DNA from: Alphaproteobacteria bacterium
GTDB lineage: Bacteria; Pseudomonadota; Alphaproteobacteria; GCA-2731375
Direction: 5' to 3'
Length of the DNA: 64,000 bases
NCBI GenBank assembly: GCA_029937535.1
Contig: JAPYPT010000002.1
Coordinates: forward strand, 145-64,144
Made by a program: the position numbers and the translations under genes. This document shows positions 47,096 through 56,203 of the stretch, one piece after another (position 1 is the stretch's first letter; every line of letters starts with the position of its first letter). The notes beneath the pieces are model-generated. The model searched no databases. It saw only the letters and a program-made list of their open reading frames with translations, and was not told where the DNA came from.

Positions 47096-47892
47096 AGGAA
47101 ACCCCGCAGATTTTGCCCGTGACCATGGCCAAGGTTTCGGTACGGCGGGGCGACAAGATGGTCTTGAAGGAGATCGATTGCCAGTTTGATACGGCGCCCG
47201 CACGTACCCTTATCATTGGCCCCAACGGGGCCGGAAAAAGCCTGTTTCTGCGCGTCTGCCACGGCATTGTGGCACCCGACCAGGGCAGTGTGCGCTGGGC
47301 CGGGGAAACCGATCCACGGACCCGGGCGAGGGCCCAGGCGATGGTCTTCCAGCGTCCGGTATTGCTGCGGCGATCGGCCCGCGGCAATATCGATCTGGCC
47401 CTGAAAATCCATGGCCTGGACGCCGCCCAGCGCCGGAGCCGGGTCGCGGATGCCTTGGACCGGACGGGTCTGACCCGCCTGGCCCATACACCGGCCCGCG
47501 CGTTGTCATTCGGCGAGCAACAACGCCTGGCCTTGGCCCGCGCCGTGGCGCTGCGGCCGCAAGTTTTATTTCTGGACGAGCCCACCGCCAACCTTGACCC
47601 GGCGGCGGCCCATCTGGTGGAGGATATCGTGCGCGGTTTGTCGGAGACCGGGGTTAAGATCATCATGACTTCCCATGACCTCAATCAAGCGCGCCGGCTG
47701 GCCCAGGAGGTTATTTTTCTGCATCGCGGGCGCATCAAGGAGCGGGCCCCGGCGGAAGACTTCTTCAAGGGGCCGGAGAATGACCTGGCACGGGCCTTTT
47801 TGAACGGTGAGCTATTATGGTGGCGGCGGCGGTCGGTTTACGACGGCCTGGGCGGCCGGACGGCCGACGAACTAGGTATCGACAGAGAATGA
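47092..47892 (+). CDS. tupC: ABC transporter ATP-binding protein (TupC-like, no C-terminal TOBE domain)
   Basis: Walker A GPNGAGKS, signature LSFGEQQR, Walker B LFLDEPT; 266 aa. Confidence 0.75.
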   Translation: MKETPQILPVTMAKVSVRRGDKMVLKEIDCQFDTAPARTLIIGPNGAGKSLFLRVCHGIVAPDQGSVRWAGETDPRTRARAQAMVFQRPVLLRRSARGNIDLALKIHGLDAAQRRSRVADALDRTGLTRLAHTPARALSFGEQQRLALARAVALRPQVLFLDEPTANLDPAAAHLVEDIVRGLSETGVKIIMTSHDLNQARRLAQEVIFLHRGRIKERAPAEDFFKGPENDLARAFLNGELLWWRRRSVYDGLGGRTADELGIDRE

Positions 47893-48701
47893 AATTACGG
47901 TTCATTCGATGCTTGTTGATTGCGGTTCTCGTTCTGGCCGGCCGCCAGGTTGCGGCGGCGGCGCCATTCATCATTCTGGCCTCGACAACATCAACCCAGA
48001 ATTCCGGCTTGTTCGACCATATTCTGCCTAAGTTCAAGGCCGCCTCGGGGGTTGACGTGCGCGTTGTCGCGGTGGGCACCGGCGCCGCGCTGCGGCTTGC
48101 CCGCAATGGCGACGCCGATGTTCTGTTGGTGCATCATCAGCCGTCGGAGGAAGCGTTCGTCGCGGCCGGTTACGGGGTGGCGCGCCACGCGGTGATGTTC
48201 AACGATTTTGTCATTATCGGTCCCGAAGCCGACCCGGCCGGCGTGGCCAAGGTTAAGGACCCCGCCGCCGCGCTGCGGCGGATCGCCGAACAGGGCGCTG
48301 CCTTTGTCTCCCGCGGCGACGACAGCGGGACCCATAAACGGGAGCTTTCTCTTTGGGCCAAAGCAAATGTGGATGTGGCCGTCCATTCGGGCACCTGGTA
48401 CCGGGAAACCGGCTCCGGCATGGGCGCCACCCTCAATACCGCGGCCGCCATGAATGCCTATACCTTGAGCGACCGGGGAACCTGGCTCAGTTTTCAGAAC
48501 AGGCAAGGCCTTAAAATCGTCCTCCAGGGCGATCAGAATTTGCGCAATCAATACGGTGTCATCCTGGTTTCGCCCCAACGCCACGGGCATGTCAAATTCC
48601 GCCTGGGCCAGCAGTTTATCGACTGGCTAATTTCGGGACCGGGAAAAACCGCGATCGGCGGGCACAGGATCAACGGGCAGCAGTTGTTCCATCCAAATTA
48701 A
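47889..48701 (+). CDS. tupA: periplasmic substrate-binding protein, tungstate-type (TupA-like)
   Basis: Signal peptide MKLRFIRCLLIAVLVLA. ASTTSTQNSGL block matches the TupA TTTS motif. Start at internal ATG 47889, overlapping the tupC stop. Confidence 0.7.
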   Translation: MKLRFIRCLLIAVLVLAGRQVAAAAPFIILASTTSTQNSGLFDHILPKFKAASGVDVRVVAVGTGAALRLARNGDADVLLVHHQPSEEAFVAAGYGVARHAVMFNDFVIIGPEADPAGVAKVKDPAAALRRIAEQGAAFVSRGDDSGTHKRELSLWAKANVDVAVHSGTWYRETGSGMGATLNTAAAMNAYTLSDRGTWLSFQNRQGLKIVLQGDQNLRNQYGVILVSPQRHGHVKFRLGQQFIDWLISGPGKTAIGGHRINGQQLFHPN

Positions 48702-48904
48702 TGCGAATACGACGGTGTTTGAATCCCGTTTTGGGACAGACGAACTGTCGGAATTTTGAACACTTTACATAAATCCGGAGAATTGAGATTTCTAAGTCAT
48801 TGATTTTATTACATCGAAATTCTTGGCATGGTTTTTGCATATTCAATATCAAGAGAACAATTATCTATGTATGAGCGCCTCTCGGTGCAAAATGATAGGT
48901 AGGA

Positions 48905-49459
48905 GTGGTCATGATTTTCAGTAAAGAATCGTTCAGCGCAATTATTGGACTGGCCATGCTGGGCATTGCCCCTTCCATGGCGGCGGCGTCGGAGTTTTCG
49001 CGCGTGGAGTCATACAGCACCATACCCCGGACCCTCACCGGAGGCTCATTCGGCACGGCAATAAGATTGGAATCCGCTGCATCGTTGCATTTCAACCAAA
49101 TGTCCGGCGATCTCGATACTCTTTCCAGGTCTGCAAATTTAGCCGGCGGAAAAATCACCTACTTCGGACGTGATCTCGGGCCAACATCTGGTCGGTTGCA
49201 TACAAGGCGCAACGATGGATTTCTCAAGGTACGGAAACGCCGATCAGCGGTAAAAATTTTCCGGCCGGCGACGAATTTATCGCAAGCGGGTGACAGATTG
49301 CTTGTCCCGAAGGTGCGGGAGAAGGAAGAAGAGGTCATAAATTACGGGCACGATTCATCGTCGTCGGAAACAAGGAGTTTTTTTGACGGCCTCTACCGAA
49401 TGGCCACGGTTGCATCGGACGTACTTCAGTCCTTGGTGAAAGGGCTGACCGGGAGTTAA
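48905..49459 (+). CDS. secreted hypothetical protein in low-GC islet
   Basis: Signal-peptide-like N-terminus. Markedly AT-richer DNA from about 48.7 to 49.5 kb, including a long AT-rich upstream region. Confidence 0.5.
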   Translation: MVMIFSKESFSAIIGLAMLGIAPSMAAASEFSRVESYSTIPRTLTGGSFGTAIRLESAASLHFNQMSGDLDTLSRSANLAGGKITYFGRDLGPTSGRLHTRRNDGFLKVRKRRSAVKIFRPATNLSQAGDRLLVPKVREKEEEVINYGHDSSSSETRSFFDGLYRMATVASDVLQSLVKGLTGS

Positions 49460-49554
49460 AGCAAACCGCCAAAACTTCACCATCAAACGATTTAGCGTAT
49501 CACGGCGTCGGGCTACCGCACACCCGCTTGAGGGGTGCGAATAACGTCGTTGCT

Positions 49555-49941
49555 CTAATCACGTTCAATTAGTTGATACATCACGCCGTGGCCATCGCGG
49601 GGATGTACGAAAACCTGAGTTCCCGCTTCTATAATCCGCGCGCCATTGGCCTTCATCTCTGCTGTTGCCTCGGCCAAATTATCGACGGCCAGGGCCACCA
49701 GATGCACCCCCTCGCCATATCTTTCCAGCGCGCCGGCAATGGCCCCGCCTTCACCAAGTGGTTCGGCAAGTTCGATGAACCGGCCCTCGTCACCCAACGG
49801 CAGAATGGCCCGGGTCATGCCCATGGAGGGTATTTCGTCGGGACCCTTGCTCGCTTTCATGCCGAGCTTGGTCTCATAGTCCTTAAGGCTCTCATTGATA
49901 TCCTTGACGCGCACGACGATATGATCGATCCATTTGGGCAT
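49555..49941 (-). CDS. VOC (glyoxalase/bleomycin-resistance/dioxygenase) family protein
   Basis: MPKWIDHIVVRVKD...GVHLVALAVDN pattern. GGAGGA RBS before ATG at 49941. Confidence 0.7.
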   Translation of the reverse strand: MPKWIDHIVVRVKDINESLKDYETKLGMKASKGPDEIPSMGMTRAILPLGDEGRFIELAEPLGEGGAIAGALERYGEGVHLVALAVDNLAEATAEMKANGARIIEAGTQVFVHPRDGHGVMYQLIERD

Positions 49942-50086
49942 GGTTGGTCCTCCAAAAATTCTTGCTTCTGCCGGATTTTTGCATGGTTTGCCGCGTCTTG
50001 TCTCTATCTCGAAGCGATAAAATGATAATATTCTAGCCATGACCGTCTGGCGCAGACGGTGGCATATGTTTTTGGGAGTCTTGTCG

Positions 50087-51055
50087 ATGCGGAACTTTGA
50101 AGGAAAACTGGCGGTCATCAGCGGCGGCGGATCGGGCATGGGGCGGGAGCTGGCCGAGCAACTGGCCGGGGAAGGCTGCCATCTCGCACTTTGTGATCTT
50201 TCCGCCGCGGCAATGGCCGAAACCGTGGATCACTGCCGCGAGGCCAACCAAGAGATCACTATCTCCACTCACCATTGCGACGTCTCGGACGAAGCTTCGG
50301 TCCTGGCATTCCGCGATGACCTGCTTGCGGCGCATGATACCGGGCACGTGAACCTGGTCTTCGCCAATGCGGGGATCGGCGGCGGCGGCAGTTTCATCAA
50401 GGGTGACCGGGAGGACTGGGAGCGGACCTTCGCCGTCTGCTGGTACGGTGTCTACTATACGGCCCGCGCCTTTCTGCCGCTGCTCATCGCCGCCGAGGAA
50501 GGCCATCTCATTAACACCAGCTCGGTCAATGGGTTTTGGGCATGCCTTGGGCCCAATGCTTCGCAAACGGCTTATGCCGCGGCAAAATTCGCCGTGAAGG
50601 GATTTTCCGAGGCCTTGGTCACGGATCTGCGGCTGCACGCCCCCCATGTCAAGGTCTCGGTAGTCATGCCCGGTCATATCGGCACCAACATCGCGATCAA
50701 TACGGGGAAGATCCACGGCAGGGATCCGATGGAGATGACGGCGGCGGAGGTTGCGGAGATCCGCGGCGAAATGGTGAAGCGCGGCAAGCCGGTTGGAAAC
50801 TTGCCCGATGACGCCATTCGCGGCGCCATAAAACAAAGGAGCGAGGACTTTCGCGATAAGGCGCCAACCACGCCGGCACAGGCGGCGTCGATCATCCTGG
50901 ATGGGGTGCGGGAAGATCGCTGGCGCATTCTGGTCGGCGAGGACGCCCATGTGCTCGACAGCCGGGTCCGCGCCACGCCGGAAGACGCTTACGAGGCGGC
51001 GTTCACGCAACAACTGCATGACGACGGCCATCTGAACTTCACCGCCGAGCGGTAA
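50087..51055 (+). CDS. SDR family oxidoreductase
   Basis: ISGGGSGMGRELA and YAAAKFAVKG catalytic motif. Start at internal ATG 50087. Confidence 0.8.
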   Translation: MRNFEGKLAVISGGGSGMGRELAEQLAGEGCHLALCDLSAAAMAETVDHCREANQEITISTHHCDVSDEASVLAFRDDLLAAHDTGHVNLVFANAGIGGGGSFIKGDREDWERTFAVCWYGVYYTARAFLPLLIAAEEGHLINTSSVNGFWACLGPNASQTAYAAAKFAVKGFSEALVTDLRLHAPHVKVSVVMPGHIGTNIAINTGKIHGRDPMEMTAAEVAEIRGEMVKRGKPVGNLPDDAIRGAIKQRSEDFRDKAPTTPAQAASIILDGVREDRWRILVGEDAHVLDSRVRATPEDAYEAAFTQQLHDDGHLNFTAER

Positions 51056-51088
51056 TGTTGGCCGGCGGACGGCCAGCTTGAGATTTGC

Positions 51089-52210
51089 ATGACCGATAAT
51101 CCACGCATCGCCATCATTGGCGCCGGCATGGGGGGGCTGGCGGCTGCTGCGTCGCTGCGCCGCCTTGGCTTTATGGCCCAGGTCTATGAACAGGCGGAGC
51201 GGTTTACGCGGATCGGCGCCGGCATTCAGATGAGCCCCAACGCCATGTGGGCGCTGCGCGGCCTCGGACTTGACGGCCACATCCGCCGCACGGCATTCCA
51301 GCCCCGGACCTGGAACAACCGGGTCTGGGACACGGGCGCCGAGATGTTCGAATTGCCCTTGGGCCAGGCGGCGGAAGATCAATTCGGCGCGCCATATCTG
51401 CAAATGCATCGCGGCGACCTGCACGCCGCACTTTTATCGGCGGTGCCGGCGCAACAGATATCCTTGGGCAAACGGTTGGTCGATGTGACACCGGCCACCG
51501 ACGGTTTCGCGTTGTCATTCGCCGATGGCGGGGAGGCGACGGCGGACCTGGTCGTCGGCGCCGATGGCGTGCAGTCGCGGGTGCGTGAAATTCTATGGGG
51601 CGGGGAACGTCCCCTGGCGACCGGCCGCGTCGCCTATCGGGCGACCTTTCCCGCCGCGCTGCTGCGCCATCCCGTCGGCGAATGCACAAAATGGTGGGGT
51701 CCGGATCGTCATATCGTCATCTACTACGTCACCAAGACCAAGGACGAGGTTTATTTCGTCACCAGCCTGCCGGATCAGGCCTGGGTACACGAATCCTGGT
51801 CCGCGACCGGCGACATGAACGTGGTCCGCGAAGCATTCGATAGTTTTCATGAAGAGGTCCGCGAGGTTCTGCGCGCCTGTCCGGTGGTGCATCGCTGGGC
51901 AATCCTGGAACGGGCGCCGCTGGAACGTTGGTATGGCGGCGGCATGGTCCTGATCGGTGATGCCGCCCATCCCATGACGCCTTACATGGCCCAGGGCGCC
52001 GCCATGGCGATCGAGGACGGCGTTATCCTTGCCCGTGCCTTGGAGGAGACATCCGATATCGAACGCGGGTTGGCGGTTTTCGAGGCGACGCGAAAGGCCC
52101 GCACGGCCCAGGTTCAGGCGGTCTCCCACGCCAACACCTGGATGCGCGAGGCGACCGATCCAACCTGGTGCTACGGCTACAACCCCTGGATCGAAGCGCT
52201 CAATTTTTAA
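51089..52210 (+). CDS. FAD-dependent aromatic monooxygenase (salicylate / 3-hydroxybenzoate hydroxylase-like)
   Basis: IIGAGMGGLAAA dinucleotide fold; GADGVQSRVR and GDAAHPMTPYMAQGAAMAIEDG motifs. Confidence 0.85.
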   Translation: MTDNPRIAIIGAGMGGLAAAASLRRLGFMAQVYEQAERFTRIGAGIQMSPNAMWALRGLGLDGHIRRTAFQPRTWNNRVWDTGAEMFELPLGQAAEDQFGAPYLQMHRGDLHAALLSAVPAQQISLGKRLVDVTPATDGFALSFADGGEATADLVVGADGVQSRVREILWGGERPLATGRVAYRATFPAALLRHPVGECTKWWGPDRHIVIYYVTKTKDEVYFVTSLPDQAWVHESWSATGDMNVVREAFDSFHEEVREVLRACPVVHRWAILERAPLERWYGGGMVLIGDAAHPMTPYMAQGAAMAIEDGVILARALEETSDIERGLAVFEATRKARTAQVQAVSHANTWMREATDPTWCYGYNPWIEALNF

Positions 52211-52221
52211 ATTTTTTCGCG

Positions 52222-53091
52222 TTATCCAGCGGCAAATTCAGCCACTTCGGTGGTGCACCGGCGCAGTTCGCGCAGTTTGGTCAGGTCATAGGCGCGGCCC
52301 CGGTGCAGGGTGCACTGATTGTCCCACATCAAAACATCGTTGGCCTGCCATTCGTGTCGGTAGACGAATTGCCGTTGCGTCGCATGCTCCAGCAGATCAT
52401 GCAGCAGCATGCGGGCCTCCGCCGTGATCATGCCAGAAATCTCCCGCGTGTGAATGCCGATGAACAATGATTTTCGCCTGGATCCGGGGATGGTATGCAC
52501 CATGGGCCAGTGGACGGGTGGCAGCGCCTCGGTTTCTCCAGCCGAATTTCCGCTACCGCCCAGCAAGTCACGGGAATGATAGGCCCAGTGCTCGGCGACC
52601 AAGTCCTGAACCCTGGCCTTCATCTCATCGCTCAAGGCATCGTAGGCGGCGCGTTGATCCGCGAACTCGGTCTGTCCGCCCTGATCGGGCAGCTCCATGC
52701 CGCACAAAATGGAGTATTTCGCCGGTGGGTCCTTGAACGAGCTGTCGCTGTGCCAGAATTGGTTGGCGACCAGGCTGACGTTGCGAATGTTGGCCGCGGG
52801 CAAGACATTGCCTTCCAGGTCAACATTGGCCAGATCGATCACATCCGGATTGGCCAACCGGCGTTTGCGCTTGGAGCCCACCAGCAGTCCCTTGTCGATG
52901 GGGCCGAAATTACGGGTAAAGGCGGCATGCTGATCGTCCGTGAGGGACTGGTTGCGGAAGATCAAGACTGCATATGTGTCGATTGCCTGTTCGATTTCGG
53001 CGATCCCGCCGTCGGTCAATGGCTGGCCCAGGTCAACGTCACTGACCAGGGCGGCAAAATCAGCATTGATCGGCTCAACTTTCATGGCCAT
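52222..53091 (-). CDS. TauD/TfdA-family Fe(II)/2-oxoglutarate-dependent dioxygenase
   Basis: WHSDSSF HxD motif and C-terminal TLHRG. Confidence 0.85.
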   Translation of the reverse strand: MAMKVEPINADFAALVSDVDLGQPLTDGGIAEIEQAIDTYAVLIFRNQSLTDDQHAAFTRNFGPIDKGLLVGSKRKRRLANPDVIDLANVDLEGNVLPAANIRNVSLVANQFWHSDSSFKDPPAKYSILCGMELPDQGGQTEFADQRAAYDALSDEMKARVQDLVAEHWAYHSRDLLGGSGNSAGETEALPPVHWPMVHTIPGSRRKSLFIGIHTREISGMITAEARMLLHDLLEHATQRQFVYRHEWQANDVLMWDNQCTLHRGRAYDLTKLRELRRCTTEVAEFAAG

Positions 53092-53120
53092 CTCCCATCA
53101 TTACCCGCCCATTCGCGGTT

Positions 53121-54386
53121 TCAATCATTCTGACCCAATTGACGCTGTTTCTGGGCGTCAAAGGTGGAGGCCCGCACGGCTGCCTTGACCACCGGCACAT
53201 CCTCGCGGGCAATCGGTTGCATAAAAGTCTTGCGGGCCAGTGCCGCCTCGATATAGGGCGCCAGTTCCTCGGCTTTTGCGGCTTCCCGTTCGCCGACGTC
53301 CTTGGTGAACTCCGGCATCACTTTTTCGGCGAACAACTCCAACGACTCACAGATATTTTGGTTGGTATTGCGGCCCGCCTGCTGCAGGAAAATCACCTGG
53401 TCGATCCCGACCTCCTGGAAATCGCGCAAATGCCGCGCCATGTCGTCCGGCGTTCCGATGCCCGCGCCGTCGTATTCCGCCCGCGATAGCGCCGCCTGGA
53501 TCAAGCGGTCGGTAGCGTCGCCGCGTTTTTCCATGAAATCGCCCCACATGTCGGAATAGCCGGGCACGAAATCCTCGGCCACCAGCTTTTGCTGTGAATA
53601 GCGGAAGAATTCAAAATTGTCCTTGCCGCGCCGGATTGCCTCGGCCCGGTCTTCATGCATGGAAAAGGCCGACACCATGGCCAGATTGGCATTGACCGAC
53701 CAGCCCAGGGGAACGCAGTCCTCGCTCTTGATGATGTCGTAATAGATCTTCGACCAATTCTTCGCCTCGTCCGGATCAAGGAAGGAGAAGGCCAGCGCGC
53801 CGATGCCGTTTTGCGCCGCGATCTTGATGGTATCGCGGTTGGTGCAGGCCATCCACAGAGGGGGATGGGGGTTCTGCAGGGGCTTGGGCAGGACATTGCG
53901 GCAGGGAAACGAGAATCCCTCACCCTCGAAGCCGGGATAAGGGGTCAGGTTCATCATGTTGCAGATCTGCTCGGCGGCCTCCAGCGCCATGGCCCGTTTG
54001 CGCTTGGCGGGGATGCCGAAGGCGCCCAACTCGAGCCGCGTCGCCCCCTCGCCGATGCCGAATTCAACACGGCCGTCGGAGAGCAGATCCAGCGTCGCCA
54101 GACCCTCCGCCGTGCGGGCGGGATGGTTGTAATTCGGGATCACCTGGCGAATACCATGGCCGAGGCGAATATTCTTGGTCACTCCGGCGGCGGTGGCCAG
54201 GAACACTTCCGGCGCCGAGGCATGGGAATATTCGTCCAGAAAATGGTGCTCGACCTCCCAGGCATAGTCGAAGCCAAGATTATCGGCGAGAACGATTTGC
54301 TCCAGCGCTTCCTTGAACAGGCGGTGTTCGTCGCCATCGTTCCAGGGACGGGGCAATTGCAATTCGTAAAAAACGCCAAAACGCAT
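53121..54386 (-). CDS. LLM-class (luciferase-like) flavin-dependent monooxygenase
   Basis: MRFGVFYELQLP N-terminus and TIM-barrel LLM layout, 421 aa. Confidence 0.85.
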   Translation of the reverse strand: MRFGVFYELQLPRPWNDGDEHRLFKEALEQIVLADNLGFDYAWEVEHHFLDEYSHASAPEVFLATAAGVTKNIRLGHGIRQVIPNYNHPARTAEGLATLDLLSDGRVEFGIGEGATRLELGAFGIPAKRKRAMALEAAEQICNMMNLTPYPGFEGEGFSFPCRNVLPKPLQNPHPPLWMACTNRDTIKIAAQNGIGALAFSFLDPDEAKNWSKIYYDIIKSEDCVPLGWSVNANLAMVSAFSMHEDRAEAIRRGKDNFEFFRYSQQKLVAEDFVPGYSDMWGDFMEKRGDATDRLIQAALSRAEYDGAGIGTPDDMARHLRDFQEVGIDQVIFLQQAGRNTNQNICESLELFAEKVMPEFTKDVGEREAAKAEELAPYIEAALARKTFMQPIAREDVPVVKAAVRASTFDAQKQRQLGQND

Positions 54387-54484
54387 GACTCATGTCTCCT
54401 CAATTTTGTTCTCGCGGCCATCCGACACGATCGCCGCCCGATTGGCCTGGACTATAAATATCCCGCGTCGCATTTGGAAGGCCT

Positions 54485-55219
54485 TCAGGCGATCCCCACC
54501 ATCTCGGTGCCACTGTAAAACACCTTCGTGGCAGCATCATCGACCCAACGCTCCATGCCGTCCGCACGGATCTGTTCGCGATAGCCCTTCCACCCGTCGG
54601 CATCGGAAAAGTACAATTCCGCCATGCCGGCATAGGGTTCAGCCTCCGGCTCCAGGCTGTGGCTGACCACATAGCGGAAGCCGCCCACGGCTTCCATGGT
54701 TTGGCGAACGTTGGGCACGTGAACATCCAGCCAGTGATCGAATAGCGCGCCGCAATCCGTACCTTCCGTGATGCCGACCAGGAACGTGACTTTGAGAAAT
54801 CCGCTCCGGGTACAGGGGAAAGGTGGGTTCAGGGTCGGTAAATTCAGGGGCAAGTCGCCGTCCATGACAACGTATTCGCGCGTTGCCCAAGGCCAATAAG
54901 GTTCCGCCTTTTCTTGAAATGTATCAGTGGGTTGCGTGCCATGGGCCGTTGCGGACCGGTCGGGGGGCCGTTCATACTGGAGCTGCGCGACGCCATCCCA
55001 AGGGTGCGGTTTGCCCGCTTTCGGGTCAAACAAGGTTGCCACATAACGCTCCGCATGAAGCTTGCCCACCGCGGACGCGGTTGCATTTTTGGCGATGACA
55101 TCGGGCATGTGATTGGCAAACCAGTGCGCGATCAATTCTTCGCGGCTGGTCGTTGCCCTGCGTTTGACCAGGTACATGATCTTGGCGCCTGGCGTGGCCA
55201 GGGGTCTTGTGGTTGTCAT
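54485..55219 (-). CDS. tandem EthD-domain protein
   Basis: Two repeats of K(I/V)xxLVxxRxxxSREELxxHWxxxHxPxV. Start may be the internal MYLVKRR. Confidence 0.55.
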   Translation of the reverse strand: MTTTRPLATPGAKIMYLVKRRATTSREELIAHWFANHMPDVIAKNATASAVGKLHAERYVATLFDPKAGKPHPWDGVAQLQYERPPDRSATAHGTQPTDTFQEKAEPYWPWATREYVVMDGDLPLNLPTLNPPFPCTRSGFLKVTFLVGITEGTDCGALFDHWLDVHVPNVRQTMEAVGGFRYVVSHSLEPEAEPYAGMAELYFSDADGWKGYREQIRADGMERWVDDAATKVFYSGTEMVGIA

Positions 55220-55253
55220 GGGGCTCTCCTTGGGAAGGTATATTCAGGCCGGC

Positions 55254-56105
55254 TCAGATTTGCGAATAACCCGATCCGGTGCTGTCGATGCCCCGGCCGA
55301 CCGGGTTTTCGATCCAGCCAAATTCGCCCAGGATCAATTGGCTGTAGGTCACCCGGCCATTGACCTTTTCCGGCGCCTCGCTGGCCAATAGCAGGGTTGC
55401 TTGCGCCATCAAATCAGGCGCTTCGCCACGGGGGTCGTCCATGCCGTCGACTAGATGGTGATAAACCGTGCCCGGCGTCGGCACCACTTTCGAGGGCGAA
55501 ACGCAGCTAACGGCGATATTGCCCATGCCCGACACTTCCTGGGCCAGGCCCTGGGTCAGCCGCTCCAGCGCCGCCTTGGTGGCGCCGTACATGGTGTTGC
55601 CGCGCACGGACGGGCTGTCATAAGGCCCGCGGCCGGGACCGATCGCCGCGCCGGAGCCAATATTGACGATAGCGCCGCCTCGGCTGCCCGTCGTCATGTC
55701 CGGCAATACCGCCTTGGCCAGCATGAAGGGGCCATGCACATTGACCGCGAAGGCGCGCATCCAGCGGTTGGTGGCGAATTCCGCGATCGGTGTAAAATAG
55801 CTCAGCGCGGCGTTGTTGACGAGAATATCCACCGGCCCAAAGGCGGCGCGGGTGCCCTCGACCAGGGCCAGACAATCGCTTTCGGCGGAGACATCGGCCA
55901 CGAAGGCCTTGGCCTGACCGCCCGCCGCCTCGACCGCCGCCACCGTGCGGGCCAACGAACCTTCCAGGTTATGATCGCCTTCGTTCAGGGTGCGGGCGGC
56001 ACAGGCGACCCGCGCGCCTTCCGCCGCGAACAGTTCCGAGATGGCTTGCCCGATACCCCGGCTGGCGCCGGTCACGATCGCCGTCTTGCCGTCCAGTTTG
56101 CCCAT
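55254..56105 (-). CDS. SDR family oxidoreductase
   Basis: TGASRGIGQA, NNAA and YGATKAAL motifs. GAGGA RBS before ATG at 56105. Confidence 0.8.
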   Translation of the reverse strand: MGKLDGKTAIVTGASRGIGQAISELFAAEGARVACAARTLNEGDHNLEGSLARTVAAVEAAGGQAKAFVADVSAESDCLALVEGTRAAFGPVDILVNNAALSYFTPIAEFATNRWMRAFAVNVHGPFMLAKAVLPDMTTGSRGGAIVNIGSGAAIGPGRGPYDSPSVRGNTMYGATKAALERLTQGLAQEVSGMGNIAVSCVSPSKVVPTPGTVYHHLVDGMDDPRGEAPDLMAQATLLLASEAPEKVNGRVTYSQLILGEFGWIENPVGRGIDSTGSGYSQI

Positions 56106-56203
56106 GATGTTATCCTCAACGTTCAAGTCCGCATGGCGCGAAACTTACAATTCGGTTTTCAGCTATTTTCCCGAACCCGCGCCAACCTGTCAAACGCCGG
56201 AAA

